A DNA stretch of 64,000 bases from the IMG/VR virus record IMGVR_UViG_3300005613_000019, positions 33,992 through 97,991 of that record. One strand, given 5' to 3'. Positions 8,508-19,085 of this stretch are shown one piece after another (positions within the stretch are counted from its first letter, which is position 1; each line of letters opens with the position of its first letter). The notes under the pieces are model-generated. The model was given only the letters and a program-made list of their open reading frames with translations. It had not been told where the DNA came from and ran no database searches. Made by a program: the position numbers and the translations under genes. Source of the DNA: a virus.

Positions 8508-10361
8508 CTACCTCACATCAGAACCACCAGGACCAGGACTATCTAATGACATGTCAGAAGGTCCTGTTCCGTCTGCTGAGCCTGGAGGACCAGCCATACC
8601 TGGTTCCGTATCCCCACCAAGACCTCCACCGCTAGAAGGCAACCCAGACGAACCTGGAGGTCTCGCCCCTCCTCCAGCTGTTCCAGGAGGCTTACCCTTT
8701 TGCATGTTCTTCTGCTCAAATTTGCCCTTTAAACCACCTAATTCTTTATTAAGTATATGCTCCCTCTCAGCAAACTCTTTGGCCGATTTAGTAGTCTCTT
8801 CCTTCCAGTCTAACCCAGCTATAGATCCAACACTGTCTAACGATATGTCAAATCCAAAATTCCTTAACTGAGAATATGCAGTCAATAACTCAGAATCTAC
8901 AGCAGGATCTAACTTGTTCCTCCATTTAAGCCTTGGCTTAATATATAGATTAGAATCCTGCTTCTCCTGAGCAGTCCTCTTAACTCTATATCTGTGAGCT
9001 ACCTCAGAGGGTTTTGACTTGGTCCAATCATTTATCTGAATAATAGGTTGAAAAAACTTCGGGAGTATCCAAGTGTTCTCAAAAAACTGACGCATGGACA
9101 AAAGTCTTCGTAAGAAGACTTGCAATCCGCTCTTGGCAGAGGAAAAGGTTGTCTCCCCCGTCATAAAGCTCTTAGATAAGCCTAGAGCTAAGAGCTTTAC
9201 TTGCTCAATCGTGCTGTGCTCTCGTGAGAGAGTCACAGCACGTTCGTTGATTCCTACAGTCTCGAATTGTATACCATAATTATAAATCAACCACGATCCA
9301 GGATCAATTTCACTCTGCATTAGCAGCCTTTGAAGATTAGCTTCAGCCTCTGGGCCTGGAATCCATCCTGAAGCCTGGTCCCCAATTTTGGCCACTCTTA
9401 ACGGGCTAGCAGCACGCCTAAAAGTTTGGATGGTGGAATTATAGACTGCGTCTTCCACCATCCAAATCCTCCACATACGGCTAGCAAGGCTTACACCCCT
9501 TTCATCATAGGGGTGTAATTTCCTCGGAATATATGAACAATTAAGTGGTGAAAGTCTGATTTTTTGTCTTGCTAAAACTTTTGAAACAAATTCAGAAGGA
9601 AGTTTTTGTCTCAACTCCTGAGACTCAGGAGTTGTATCCAACAACATATTTCTAAGATTATCATCTGGTATAAAATAAATAATTGGATCCATATCAATAA
9701 TAGGAGAATCCTGAATATCAATATAATCTGGATCATGAAAACCTATATAAGACCATTTGTTAGTCTTATCATCAAAAAAATTATGAGGGAGAACCTCACC
9801 CGTTACTAAATACTCTTTAACCATACTTTGTAGTTTTTCTAATAGAAAAACATCATCAGCCATGTCTTCAAGTTCGTTTTTAAGAGTTTGGTCACTTTGA
9901 TTTTCAAGAATGATGTCAAATTCTGAAACCATCATTTGAGAGTACATATCAACGGCAGTACCAAAAACTGGATCATACTTATAAAACATTCTCCAATATT
10001 TATTAGCAACTGCTCGATCATGAGGGTAGAATTGTCTTTCAGGAGAATCAAATTCAGGTAAATAGGGTCTTTGTGTATGAAAATTTGAAGATCCATAACC
10101 TCCAGACATAGATGACCCACCAGTAAAAGGAGCAAACACGTCTGCCTTTTTAGATCCTACAGCTAGAGTATGCCCCTCTGGGAGAACTTCTCTAGCCATT
10201 TCTTGTCTAATAGAATCTTGGTTAGATGTAACCAATCTAGGTTGCATAGACTCAGCTCTGGCCCTCATACGATCCCTAAAATCATCCGAAGCACCAATTC
10301 TCGCGTTAGCTATATTTGATCGTTCTCTGGCTAGTTCTTTAACATCTTTTTTATAGGACAT
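8508..10361 (-). CDS. Portal protein
   Basis: 617 aa; YKYDPVFGTAVD, GVSLASR, PLRVAKIG, LLALGLSKSFMTG; G/P-rich tail; position in head module. Confidence 0.85.
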   Translation of the reverse strand: MSYKKDVKELARERSNIANARIGASDDFRDRMRARAESMQPRLVTSNQDSIRQEMAREVLPEGHTLAVGSKKADVFAPFTGGSSMSGGYGSSNFHTQRPYLPEFDSPERQFYPHDRAVANKYWRMFYKYDPVFGTAVDMYSQMMVSEFDIILENQSDQTLKNELEDMADDVFLLEKLQSMVKEYLVTGEVLPHNFFDDKTNKWSYIGFHDPDYIDIQDSPIIDMDPIIYFIPDDNLRNMLLDTTPESQELRQKLPSEFVSKVLARQKIRLSPLNCSYIPRKLHPYDERGVSLASRMWRIWMVEDAVYNSTIQTFRRAASPLRVAKIGDQASGWIPGPEAEANLQRLLMQSEIDPGSWLIYNYGIQFETVGINERAVTLSREHSTIEQVKLLALGLSKSFMTGETTFSSAKSGLQVFLRRLLSMRQFFENTWILPKFFQPIIQINDWTKSKPSEVAHRYRVKRTAQEKQDSNLYIKPRLKWRNKLDPAVDSELLTAYSQLRNFGFDISLDSVGSIAGLDWKEETTKSAKEFAEREHILNKELGGLKGKFEQKNMQKGKPPGTAGGGARPPGSSGLPSSGGGLGGDTEPGMAGPPGSADGTGPSDMSLDSPGPGGSDVR

Positions 10362-10364
10362 GGT

Positions 10365-10862
10365 TTAGTCTTTCTCAATCATTAAATATATAGAATCAAA
10401 TGACTCTTTAGTCATATTATCAGGAAGGTTCAATTCATTTATTGAAAATAAATGCAATTGAACCTCTGAGTCCCCTATATAATAAAACTCATACCATTTT
10501 TGTTTCTTAAGTTTTACTTCAGCTAACAAGTCTTTATAGTCTTCATTAAAATTTAACAATAATGTTTTGACTTCATCTTCAAAACCCTGCATTATTTGTA
10601 ACTTACCGTTAGCCCTCACATAAGAACCATCTACTTTTACTAAATAAGAGTCTAATAATTCGAGTCTTTTTTGATCATACTGTAAAGATTCTTCAGTAGG
10701 CTCAAGAAAACTATCTCGAATTTGAATCAAATTCTCTACCTCTTTTTTAAGAATTTCAATGTTTTGCTGTATTTTTATATGAACAGCAACAGCGCACTTT
10801 ATTTGTGCGCTGTTGCTGGAAGTGAGGAATTCCAATAATTTTTGAACTTCAAAGTTTTTCAC
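10365..10862 (-). CDS. Hypothetical helical protein (possible fibre assembly chaperone)
   Basis: ORF with GGAG RBS downstream of the fibre gene. Confidence 0.55.
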   Translation of the reverse strand: MKNFEVQKLLEFLTSSNSAQIKCAVAVHIKIQQNIEILKKEVENLIQIRDSFLEPTEESLQYDQKRLELLDSYLVKVDGSYVRANGKLQIMQGFEDEVKTLLLNFNEDYKDLLAEVKLKKQKWYEFYYIGDSEVQLHLFSINELNLPDNMTKESFDSIYLMIEKD

Positions 10863-10930
10863 AGTTTAGGTCTCCTTTTTATTAAAATACCCCTTTTAGT
10901 TCAAAATTAGAGGATTATAATATCCCAGTA

Positions 10931-13900
10931 TTAATCTCTTCTATAACCGTAAATTCTTAAGTCTTCAATTAGACAATTAGATTGATAAGTTTGATTATAA
11001 AATGCTCCAACTTCTAAGCGATCCGTATAAAAAGGCATTTCACAATCAGTATCAGCTACCCCATCTGGAGTTCCATCAATTTCAATATCTAAATTGTCAT
11101 CTTCTAAATAAGTTAAAATAGAATGTTTTACGCCGTCAACTACTACAGTAGTAGAATCCACACTACCAGAAGTTCCGTTAAAAGCAGTAAAAGCTACATA
11201 GTGCTCAGCTGTAGGATTAAGGTATGGTGAAAATCTTTCAGTAGCTGATCCGCCATCATTAATATCTAAAACTCTATGATTATCCGAGGCATCATAAGAA
11301 TCTGATAAAACATTAAAACCTACAGTTCTTCTTTGATTATCTACAATGTTTCCATCAGAACCATCATACTCAAGTTCATCTTTAAGCCTAGTTGCAGCAG
11401 CTGTAGTTGTAGGTACATAGGAAGTGGCGTAACCGAGTCCATTGCACTCAACCTGAAAACCCCACATATAGCCATTGACTGTTACTCCGTCGCCTGCAAA
11501 ATCATCGTCGTTATCTGCATTCGCGATCTTGAATTTGATGGTGTGGGCAGCTGCTGTGCCGGTTACGATTGCAATACATCTGACTGTATCGTTGTATTTG
11601 CCAGGCTCGATATACAGCGCATCAATACCGGCTCCAGGAGTTGCACCAACAACACCGTTGTCAATGTCGAAAAAGGCTTTGCAATCAGCTATTGTTTCAT
11701 CTTCGATGCATATCCAGGTTTTATCACCTTTCTTTGCGTAACAGGAAATAGCAGTTGATGTAGCTGTAAGCGTACATACCTTTGTTATACCGTGTTCGGT
11801 GTCGGTTGAATCTGCAATAATACCGTCCATGGTTGTTTCACCGTTTGGAGCATCAATAGCGTTTAAGTCGAAAGTATCGGCCAAGTTAATAGGCCATTGA
11901 TTTTCGTATACTTTTACATCGTCGAAATCAACAACACCAGAAGAAGAACTAGAACCTATATATATAACTGCCGAGATGGCAATAAGAGTTATGTCAAAGC
12001 CCTGCCAATCTGTAGAAGAAGTACCTGTCCATTGCCCAAACCCACAATAAATATAGGGTAGAGCACCTCCACTAACAGACCTGGCAACTCCAGTAACCCT
12101 ATAAGTTTTGCCAACAGTGCAAACAGTTTGACTCGCATAGAAGGTAGCAGCTGTGGAGGTAATTCTTAAATGTTGGGTACCTTGATATAATGGAGCAGTT
12201 GTATCTTTTGTTAAAACAGAATCAAGTGCTGTCCAATCACCAACCCCAACAGCTTCCATATCGCCGTCTACAATAACGTCGGTTACTGCTGACATATCCT
12301 CAGACTGCAACGCTAGGTTCTCAGCCTCTGGCTCAGGTAAATAACCATACATATCATTAGCTAAAGAATCTTTTCTATGGCACATGCGCAACCATTCAGC
12401 GCCAACTTGGTAAAGTTTACTTGAACCATCAGATTCAATTTTATCTAAATATGCAGGAAAAGTTCTTGTTGCCGTTGTTGGCATATAAGTACCCTTAGCC
12501 AATTGTGGATAAACTCCTGATAATTTTGTAAATCTTTCAGCGGATATTGTTGCCCATTCGGCGGGGCCTGATGCACCGGCTTGATGCCATGAGGCTTTTT
12601 TCCACATTGCGAGGTAGGCGATGTTGGAATTTGTAGGTGTCGATGCCGACACATTAGAACCTATATTAAAAAAACTATTTGTCATATCTCCAACGGAAGA
12701 ACAGTCAATCCCAGAACCAGACACGTTTCCGTTAACGTACCACTTAGCACCATTGGTGGAGGCTTCATCTCTATTACAAAAGACTAATGCATGATACCAT
12801 TTATTATGTGTACCTTGGCTTGGTGCTGCTTGAATTGCTACAGTATTAACACCGTCCCCTATCCTCAAATAATAACTACCAGATCCAGATCCATCGTTAA
12901 CCATAAAATAACCATTTGTTGAAGAAAAACAATCAAAAAGATATTCAATTGTATCTTGTGCTTTCCATATAATTTCAACTACAAAATCTTCTGTACCAAT
13001 TTGGCAAGCAGTGTTAGAGGCATCTTTGTAATAATCAGAAACATTGAACTTCACCGAATCATCATCCGTGCCAAGCAATGGAGAGCCATCATTATAAGTT
13101 GGAGGAGTAGCTACAGCAATCCTTGATAAAGTCTCGCCACCAACTCTAGGCACCCAACCCGTTGCATCAGCGTCTCCACCGTAATACACATAAGATGCAG
13201 TTACTGTGGAACCGTTGATAGTTAAATCGCTGTCAAGGTTTGCTACTCCGGGTTTTGTTGCGCCGGTAGAATCAAAATCAAATAGTCTAAATCTTTGAAA
13301 ACCTTCAAAATCGCCGCTTGGGATTATATCATTATAAATTCTGAGGCTTGAGATTAGGCAAAATGATTGCAATACAGCTGTACTACTTTGACCAACGCTA
13401 ATTCTATCAATATCATCCGGCATATCACAACTTGTATCAGTGGCTCCGTCAACATAATTTCTTGTTGCTGTTAAACTGTTTGTTATAAACCTACTCCTGT
13501 AATGTTGTATTTCTCCGTTTACTGAATCACCAGCATTTGATGAAACGCCAGGATTTCCGCCACTAGCAGCCGTCGCACATGCTGTAACATTCCCACCAAA
13601 ATAAACATAATTAAGAATACTATCAGCAGCTGAACCCCCATCAGACACGGCTAATAAGTGAGAGGTTTTAAGTAAGTCAAAATCTTCATATAAAAAATCA
13701 AGCACAAAAGTACCTTGTTTCTCATTTATATAAGCACCATCATTAGCAACATATCTTAATTGATCTTTAAGTCTAGTAGCTGCTCCAGCATCGGTAATAA
13801 TCTGAGAAGTCATATAATCGTTTTTTTCACACTGAGCGCCCCAAAAATAGGTATTAGTTGTTGCGCCGTCTCCAGAAAAGTCATCATCAGTATCAGCATG

Positions 13901-15376
13901 AGCAGACACAACTCTAAGTGTATGAGCAGCTACAGTTCCAGTAAACCTTATACCAACCCTATAAGAATCATTAAAATAAGGGCCTATTATGTAAGCCTCA
14001 TCAGAACCGGCACCTTTGGTTCCTAAAACACCATTTGTTACGTCAAAATAACAATAACAATTAGCTACAGTTGTATTCTCAATCTTTACCCAGTCTTTAT
14101 TACCAGGTTTAACAAAACAAGAAAACACATAAGTATCAGCGGTTAATGTAGGTCCTATTGAAAACCCATGTTGAGTGTCAGTTGCATCTCCTACAATACC
14201 ATCCATGACTTGTCTTCCGTCTGGACAGTTATCTGCATTAGCGTCTATACTATCACCAGCCGTTATTTTAGCCCAAGTTGTTGAAAAATCTTCTGACTCC
14301 ACAATTAAATTTTCCATTTCAAGCTCGGGAAAATAACCATAAGTATAGTTGGAACCATCATAACGCGAACACATTCTAAGCCACTCAGATCCTACATTAT
14401 ATAGTTTTATATATCCACTTTCATATTTATCCAAATAAGCTTGGTAAGTTCTAGTATTAACACTCGGCATCGCTGTTTCAGATTTATAAAGCTCTGGATA
14501 TTGACCTGTTAATTTTACAAAACGTTCTTTGGCGATTAGAGCCCATTCGGCGGGGCCAGCTGCACCGGCTTGATGCCATGAGGCTTTTTTCCACATTGCG
14601 AGGTAGGCGATGTTTGAGTCAAAAGAGGTTAAACCATTATGAGATGCACCTATTGTAAAATAATCAGCGTTTGCCAAAGTCAAAGCATTGCTGCTGAAAT
14701 CAGCACTATCAGCCAATGCTCCATTGATGTAAAGGTTTGCACCATCTGCTGATGCCTCATCACGATTTACGAAAATTAACACATGATTCCATGTGCCTAA
14801 TGTTGTTGCATCTACCCAAGTGAATCCGCCGCCATCATTTATCACAAAATAAAAAGCACCTGCATTGTTTTGGTACATATAATAGGTACTGCCCTTTGAA
14901 AATAATCTAAGATTACTAGCCGTACCACCGTTCCTACTTTTCCAAATAACTTCAATAACAAAATCTTCTGTGGCAATATTCAACGCATCTGCTGATGCAG
15001 CGCGATAATAATCACTTTCGTGAAACAATACCGAATCATCGTCAGATCCAAGCAATGGAGAGCCATCATTATAAGTTGGAGGAGTAGCTACTGCAACCCT
15101 CGATAAAGTTGCACCCCCAACTTGTGGCACCCAACCCGTTGCATCTGCATCACCTCCATAATACACATAAGAGGCTGTTTCTGTAGAACTATTGATTGTC
15201 AAATCACTGTCAAGGTTTGCTACTCCAGATAAATAAGTAGAAGAACTAGTTTTATGTAACGGACCCCACCAAGTGGTATCATTAACTTTTTTGATATGCC
15301 TATAAGGTATACCATTAATTTTACCAACATTCTGAAGACTTATTCCGTTTATTTTATTAACATCATTGTTAGCCAT
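10931..15376 (-). CDS. Large virion fibre/adhesin with duplicated LamG (concanavalin A-like) and carbohydrate-binding modules
   Basis: Two homologous halves (GVANLDSDLTIN...KKASWHQAGA.GPAEW...ATRLKD); W.H.L.F.NR and LYING LamG signatures. Confidence 0.75.
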   Translation of the reverse strand: MANNDVNKINGISLQNVGKINGIPYRHIKKVNDTTWWGPLHKTSSSTYLSGVANLDSDLTINSSTETASYVYYGGDADATGWVPQVGGATLSRVAVATPPTYNDGSPLLGSDDDSVLFHESDYYRAASADALNIATEDFVIEVIWKSRNGGTASNLRLFSKGSTYYMYQNNAGAFYFVINDGGGFTWVDATTLGTWNHVLIFVNRDEASADGANLYINGALADSADFSSNALTLANADYFTIGASHNGLTSFDSNIAYLAMWKKASWHQAGAAGPAEWALIAKERFVKLTGQYPELYKSETAMPSVNTRTYQAYLDKYESGYIKLYNVGSEWLRMCSRYDGSNYTYGYFPELEMENLIVESEDFSTTWAKITAGDSIDANADNCPDGRQVMDGIVGDATDTQHGFSIGPTLTADTYVFSCFVKPGNKDWVKIENTTVANCYCYFDVTNGVLGTKGAGSDEAYIIGPYFNDSYRVGIRFTGTVAAHTLRVVSAHADTDDDFSGDGATTNTYFWGAQCEKNDYMTSQIITDAGAATRLKDQLRYVANDGAYINEKQGTFVLDFLYEDFDLLKTSHLLAVSDGGSAADSILNYVYFGGNVTACATAASGGNPGVSSNAGDSVNGEIQHYRSRFITNSLTATRNYVDGATDTSCDMPDDIDRISVGQSSTAVLQSFCLISSLRIYNDIIPSGDFEGFQRFRLFDFDSTGATKPGVANLDSDLTINGSTVTASYVYYGGDADATGWVPRVGGETLSRIAVATPPTYNDGSPLLGTDDDSVKFNVSDYYKDASNTACQIGTEDFVVEIIWKAQDTIEYLFDCFSSTNGYFMVNDGSGSGSYYLRIGDGVNTVAIQAAPSQGTHNKWYHALVFCNRDEASTNGAKWYVNGNVSGSGIDCSSVGDMTNSFFNIGSNVSASTPTNSNIAYLAMWKKASWHQAGASGPAEWATISAERFTKLSGVYPQLAKGTYMPTTATRTFPAYLDKIESDGSSKLYQVGAEWLRMCHRKDSLANDMYGYLPEPEAENLALQSEDMSAVTDVIVDGDMEAVGVGDWTALDSVLTKDTTAPLYQGTQHLRITSTAATFYASQTVCTVGKTYRVTGVARSVSGGALPYIYCGFGQWTGTSSTDWQGFDITLIAISAVIYIGSSSSSGVVDFDDVKVYENQWPINLADTFDLNAIDAPNGETTMDGIIADSTDTEHGITKVCTLTATSTAISCYAKKGDKTWICIEDETIADCKAFFDIDNGVVGATPGAGIDALYIEPGKYNDTVRCIAIVTGTAAAHTIKFKIANADNDDDFAGDGVTVNGYMWGFQVECNGLGYATSYVPTTTAAATRLKDELEYDGSDGNIVDNQRRTVGFNVLSDSYDASDNHRVLDINDGGSATERFSPYLNPTAEHYVAFTAFNGTSGSVDSTTVVVDGVKHSILTYLEDDNLDIEIDGTPDGVADTDCEMPFYTDRLEVGAFYNQTYQSNCLIEDLRIYGYRRD

Positions 15377-15412
15377 ATTGTATAGCTCCTATAAATCCAC
15401 ACTATCCAAAAA

Positions 15413-16804
15413 TTAAACTATTTCTATAAACAGAGTATTCGGATTAAAATATATTATTGCTGAGGTAATAGCAAAACCTATAGGCTGCATATAATCACCA
15501 ATGCCGGATGGTACAGTTTGAGTAATTCCACCGGCAGTTGTACTAGCGTACAACGTGCCTCCAGGTGTCCAAGCCCAGGAGTCATCTCTCATGACTCCTT
15601 GAAACAGTAAAAGCTTATTAGCGCCAGCACCTGTATCAATAGCCAAAGCCCTACAAGGCATTGTACCTACTGCATCAGCATCACAAGCTTGATAAGTTCC
15701 TGCATTATCCAAATATAAAGCATATCCAAAAGTTGCAGCAGGTCCTACTGTTCCTTCAATTTCAATACCATGCGCAGTAGTATCCGCTAAATTTGTAGAT
15801 AGTGGTATATTAATTCCAGTCCCGTTATATAAAAATATTGATCCAGCAGAAACCAAGCTTATATCACTACCATCCGACTCAATTTCAATAGAATCACCTC
15901 CCAATGAAACAGCACCATCAGAATCTAAATTAAGACTAGTAGTAGTTGCTACGTCTACAGTTGCTGAGTCAACGTCTATTGTTGCACCAGCGTTAGAAAT
16001 ATCAATATCATTAGCACCGTCCCCTGTAAGGGCCAGAATACCTCCGTCAGATTCTACAGTGACAGACGCCCCACCTATAGAGGTGGCGGCGTCTGAATCC
16101 ATTGTAAGGGCTCCAGCTGCGTCCAGATCGAGGGTAGACGTTGTTTCGATGTCTACGACATCGGAATCAACGTCGATTGTTGCACCAGCGTTAGAAATGT
16201 CAATATCGTTAGCACCGTCCCCAGTGATAGCCAGGATACCACCGTCAGCTTCTACAGTGACAGACGCTCCACCTATAGAGGTGGCGGCGTCTGAATCCAC
16301 TGTAAGGGCTCCAGTAGAGTCTAAGTCAAGCGTACCTGAAGTAACCAAATCAATATTTCTAAGGGCAGTTTCTAAGTCAATTGCAGCGTCTGCTTTTCGA
16401 ATAAGTTGAAAATATTCTGCAGACGTATCAATTAATTTAAATCCGTAAGTTGTCCCTGTAACTTGTTCAATATCAATTGTAAAGTCTTGAGTACCTACTA
16501 ATGTATAATATAGACCGCTAGATGAAGGAACAACTCCAGACGAATCAATATATTTCCATTGTCCTATTTGATTTGAAGTAAAAACAGTTCCATCAAGTTT
16601 AGCAATTATCTCACTTGAATCTACCAGATTGCACAGTGTATCAATGAATAATATATCATGTTGAATGTCTGATAAATCTATGTTTACTGTTGTATTTTTA
16701 AGTACGACTACATTATAGCCCTCATCTCCTTCAATAGATAAAGATTTAGGTGTACCCAAAGTATGCGTGTTATTTATAAGAGTTACCGTATGTGATACTG
16801 TCAT
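15413..16804 (-). CDS. Virion fibre/decoration protein with internal about 59-aa duplication
   Basis: Repeat LDLD..GALT.DSDAATSIGGASVTVE.DGGIL; C-terminal MPC.ALAIDTG..WAWT.G domain shared with 19086-20525. Confidence 0.7.
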   Translation of the reverse strand: MTVSHTVTLINNTHTLGTPKSLSIEGDEGYNVVVLKNTTVNIDLSDIQHDILFIDTLCNLVDSSEIIAKLDGTVFTSNQIGQWKYIDSSGVVPSSSGLYYTLVGTQDFTIDIEQVTGTTYGFKLIDTSAEYFQLIRKADAAIDLETALRNIDLVTSGTLDLDSTGALTVDSDAATSIGGASVTVEADGGILAITGDGANDIDISNAGATIDVDSDVVDIETTSTLDLDAAGALTMDSDAATSIGGASVTVESDGGILALTGDGANDIDISNAGATIDVDSATVDVATTTSLNLDSDGAVSLGGDSIEIESDGSDISLVSAGSIFLYNGTGINIPLSTNLADTTAHGIEIEGTVGPAATFGYALYLDNAGTYQACDADAVGTMPCRALAIDTGAGANKLLLFQGVMRDDSWAWTPGGTLYASTTAGGITQTVPSGIGDYMQPIGFAITSAIIYFNPNTLFIEIV

Positions 16805-16849
16805 AGCTGCTCCCTCTATGAAAAAATGTATAGTATTACAATCATAGCT

Positions 16850-16873
16850 AGTTTATCATAAATATATTCGGTA
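16850..16873 (-). promoter_or_regulatory. Putative late promoter
   Basis: TACCGA-atatatttatga-TAAACT. Confidence 0.6.
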
Positions 16874-16900
16874 GACTAAAGGCAGGAAAAATATTTTAAG

Positions 16901-17161
16901 TTAAGTCCAAACTTCCCAATCTAGTGCTAATACTTTCAATCTGTATTTTGTACCTTCTTTAAATATAAGCATAGTATCTTCATCATCTATACCTGATGAA
17001 AAAGAAAGAGCAGCTCCAGACTCTGTTAAAACTGTACCTCCACTAACTGAAGAACTAGTTATAGATCTACTACCTGATCCGTCTTGAACAACAGTAACTA
17101 TCCACATACCATCACCTATATTTCCTGTATCTACTATAGTCATAGTATAGTTTACAGTCAT
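16901..17161 (-). CDS. Small fibre-tip-like protein
   Basis: VVQDGSGSRSIT motif resembles phage fibre C-terminal beta domains. Confidence 0.5.
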   Translation of the reverse strand: MTVNYTMTIVDTGNIGDGMWIVTVVQDGSGSRSITSSSVSGGTVLTESGAALSFSSGIDDEDTMLIFKEGTKYRLKVLALDWEVWT

Positions 17162-17176
17162 ATTATTTATACATTA

Positions 17177-18001
17177 CTAACCGTAATGATTAAAACCATC
17201 CCTAATAAGCAAAAAAGAAGTAGAAACAGTTACATTAGTATCATTAACATTCACATTCATACGAGGTATAAAGTCAGTTCCAGCAGTTAGAGGTATTGGA
17301 ATTTCAAATTTTTGTGTAGAAACACTTGTACCGTTTGTTGTAATAGATCCTTCATCAACTAACCTAGAATATTTACCATAATCCCTAACATAAATTCTTA
17401 ATTCAGCGAAATTAGCAACTTTAGTTACTAAGCTAACTCTACTCCACAAAACATACGCAGTATAATTAGCAGGACATGTAAATAAAGCATTAAGGAAATT
17501 ATTTTTACCGTTATTTGCGTAAGCTTTTACATCCGTATCTACATCAGGTTTACCATTAGTAATTCCGTTTATTGCTACAGCTGCAGAGCTGTAGCAATAA
17601 ACGTCTCCAGCAAAGCCTGTACCTACTGACGGAGTTGTAGAAGAATCTTCATTAGTTAAACTAAATACTCTGCACAACGGAGTTGTTAAAGAAGCTGTAG
17701 TTTGACCTGTCAAATTAATATCTTGAACAGTCCAATTTAAATTAGCATCTAATCCTATTATATTAACTGGTTGAGTATCACCATTATCATCACTAGATAT
17801 ACTATCAATTATTGCACTACCGTCATTAGAAAAAGTATAATTAGTATCTCCTAAAGACGCACTTCCATATTCCCAAACATCATGAAACACAGCATCATTA
17901 TCTATAGTTGTTTTACCAAACTGGTTCCAGGTGAAAGCACCTGGAACCAGTCCTCTTGAAACACGATGAATATAACCTGGCTTAAAGGGTAAACCTATCA
18001 T
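17177..18001 (-). CDS. Putative structural protein
   Basis: Beta-rich ORF (ISSDDNGDT..IIGLDAN; FTCPANYTAY) in the structural operon. Confidence 0.55.
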   Translation of the reverse strand: MIGLPFKPGYIHRVSRGLVPGAFTWNQFGKTTIDNDAVFHDVWEYGSASLGDTNYTFSNDGSAIIDSISSDDNGDTQPVNIIGLDANLNWTVQDINLTGQTTASLTTPLCRVFSLTNEDSSTTPSVGTGFAGDVYCYSSAAVAINGITNGKPDVDTDVKAYANNGKNNFLNALFTCPANYTAYVLWSRVSLVTKVANFAELRIYVRDYGKYSRLVDEGSITTNGTSVSTQKFEIPIPLTAGTDFIPRMNVNVNDTNVTVSTSFLLIRDGFNHYG

Positions 18002-18552
18002 TAAACAAACTCCAATGTTGATCCATTATACAATTCATATTCAAACACAATATGCATTGAAAAATCCAAAGTAGTATTAGTTGTAACATGAAACCTTATA
18101 TAGTTATCAACACCAGATTTACCGTTAACAGTAAAAGGTCTACCCATTTTCTTATCTACAACAGTCTCAAGAACTCTAACTTGATCAGAAGATAACTTAG
18201 AATAAGTTTCAGCTTTTACCTTATCTTTAGTAAATAAAGTACCTACAGATTCACCAGAAAGAGATATACCATCAGCAGTTAAATCTTCACTAAGAGTACC
18301 ATCATAAACTGTTGCATAAACATTAGTACAATTAGATAGATCAGCAGCATCAATTATTATAGCATACTGGTCTAAAATACGAATTGATCCTGTAAATTTA
18401 AAAACATTAAATATTTTAGTTTCATTATTTGCAGTAATATTTACGTCTGAACATAGTTTTCTACCGCAAGTACGATTATACATGTCAGTAATAGAATTAT
18501 CTTCACCTGTAGGTTCTATTATACAATCTGGATAAAGTCCTGGATATCTCAT
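18001..18552 (-). CDS. Putative structural protein
   Basis: ORF coupled to its neighbours. Confidence 0.55.
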   Translation of the reverse strand: MRYPGLYPDCIIEPTGEDNSITDMYNRTCGRKLCSDVNITANNETKIFNVFKFTGSIRILDQYAIIIDAADLSNCTNVYATVYDGTLSEDLTADGISLSGESVGTLFTKDKVKAETYSKLSSDQVRVLETVVDKKMGRPFTVNGKSGVDNYIRFHVTTNTTLDFSMHIVFEYELYNGSTLEFV

Positions 18553-18556
18553 AATA

Positions 18557-19066
18557 CTACCTAGCCCTAAAATCTAATTCATTTGTATTAGTGGCGTTAT
18601 CTATAATTAGTTTAAATCTAATTAATGACACATTTAAATTATCAAAATTTAAACAAAAATTTCCGGTTGCGTCAGTAATCGAAACAGCTCCTACAGAATT
18701 AGTTCCTAACTCATAACCTGTAGGAGTAATATCAATCCACGTACCTGTAAGAGAATTTCTAACCTCTACCGTTAAAGTACTAGCAGCACCTGAAGTAGTC
18801 ATAACTCCTGCTAGCGAAATATCAGTGTAGCCATCCATTAAAAAGCCAGAAGCTGACGGTAAGTAGTGAGTATCTACCGTTAGGTTATCAGATCCTAAAG
18901 ACGCTTCATAAGCAGATCTAGGAGAAGCCGCTGTTGTCATCTCACCAGACGAATTTATGGTAATAGGTTGAGGGTTAGTACCGTCGGAACCGGCTATTAG
19001 TAAAGCTTTATCCGTATTAGTATCTACTCCAGTTTTATAGACAGCATCGTCAATTCTTAATGCCAT
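18557..19066 (-). CDS. Putative structural protein
   Basis: GGAGG RBS; beta-rich. Confidence 0.6.
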   Translation of the reverse strand: MALRIDDAVYKTGVDTNTDKALLIAGSDGTNPQPITINSSGEMTTAASPRSAYEASLGSDNLTVDTHYLPSASGFLMDGYTDISLAGVMTTSGAASTLTVEVRNSLTGTWIDITPTGYELGTNSVGAVSITDATGNFCLNFDNLNVSLIRFKLIIDNATNTNELDFRAR

Positions 19067-19085
19067 GATAACCTCCGAAAAATTA

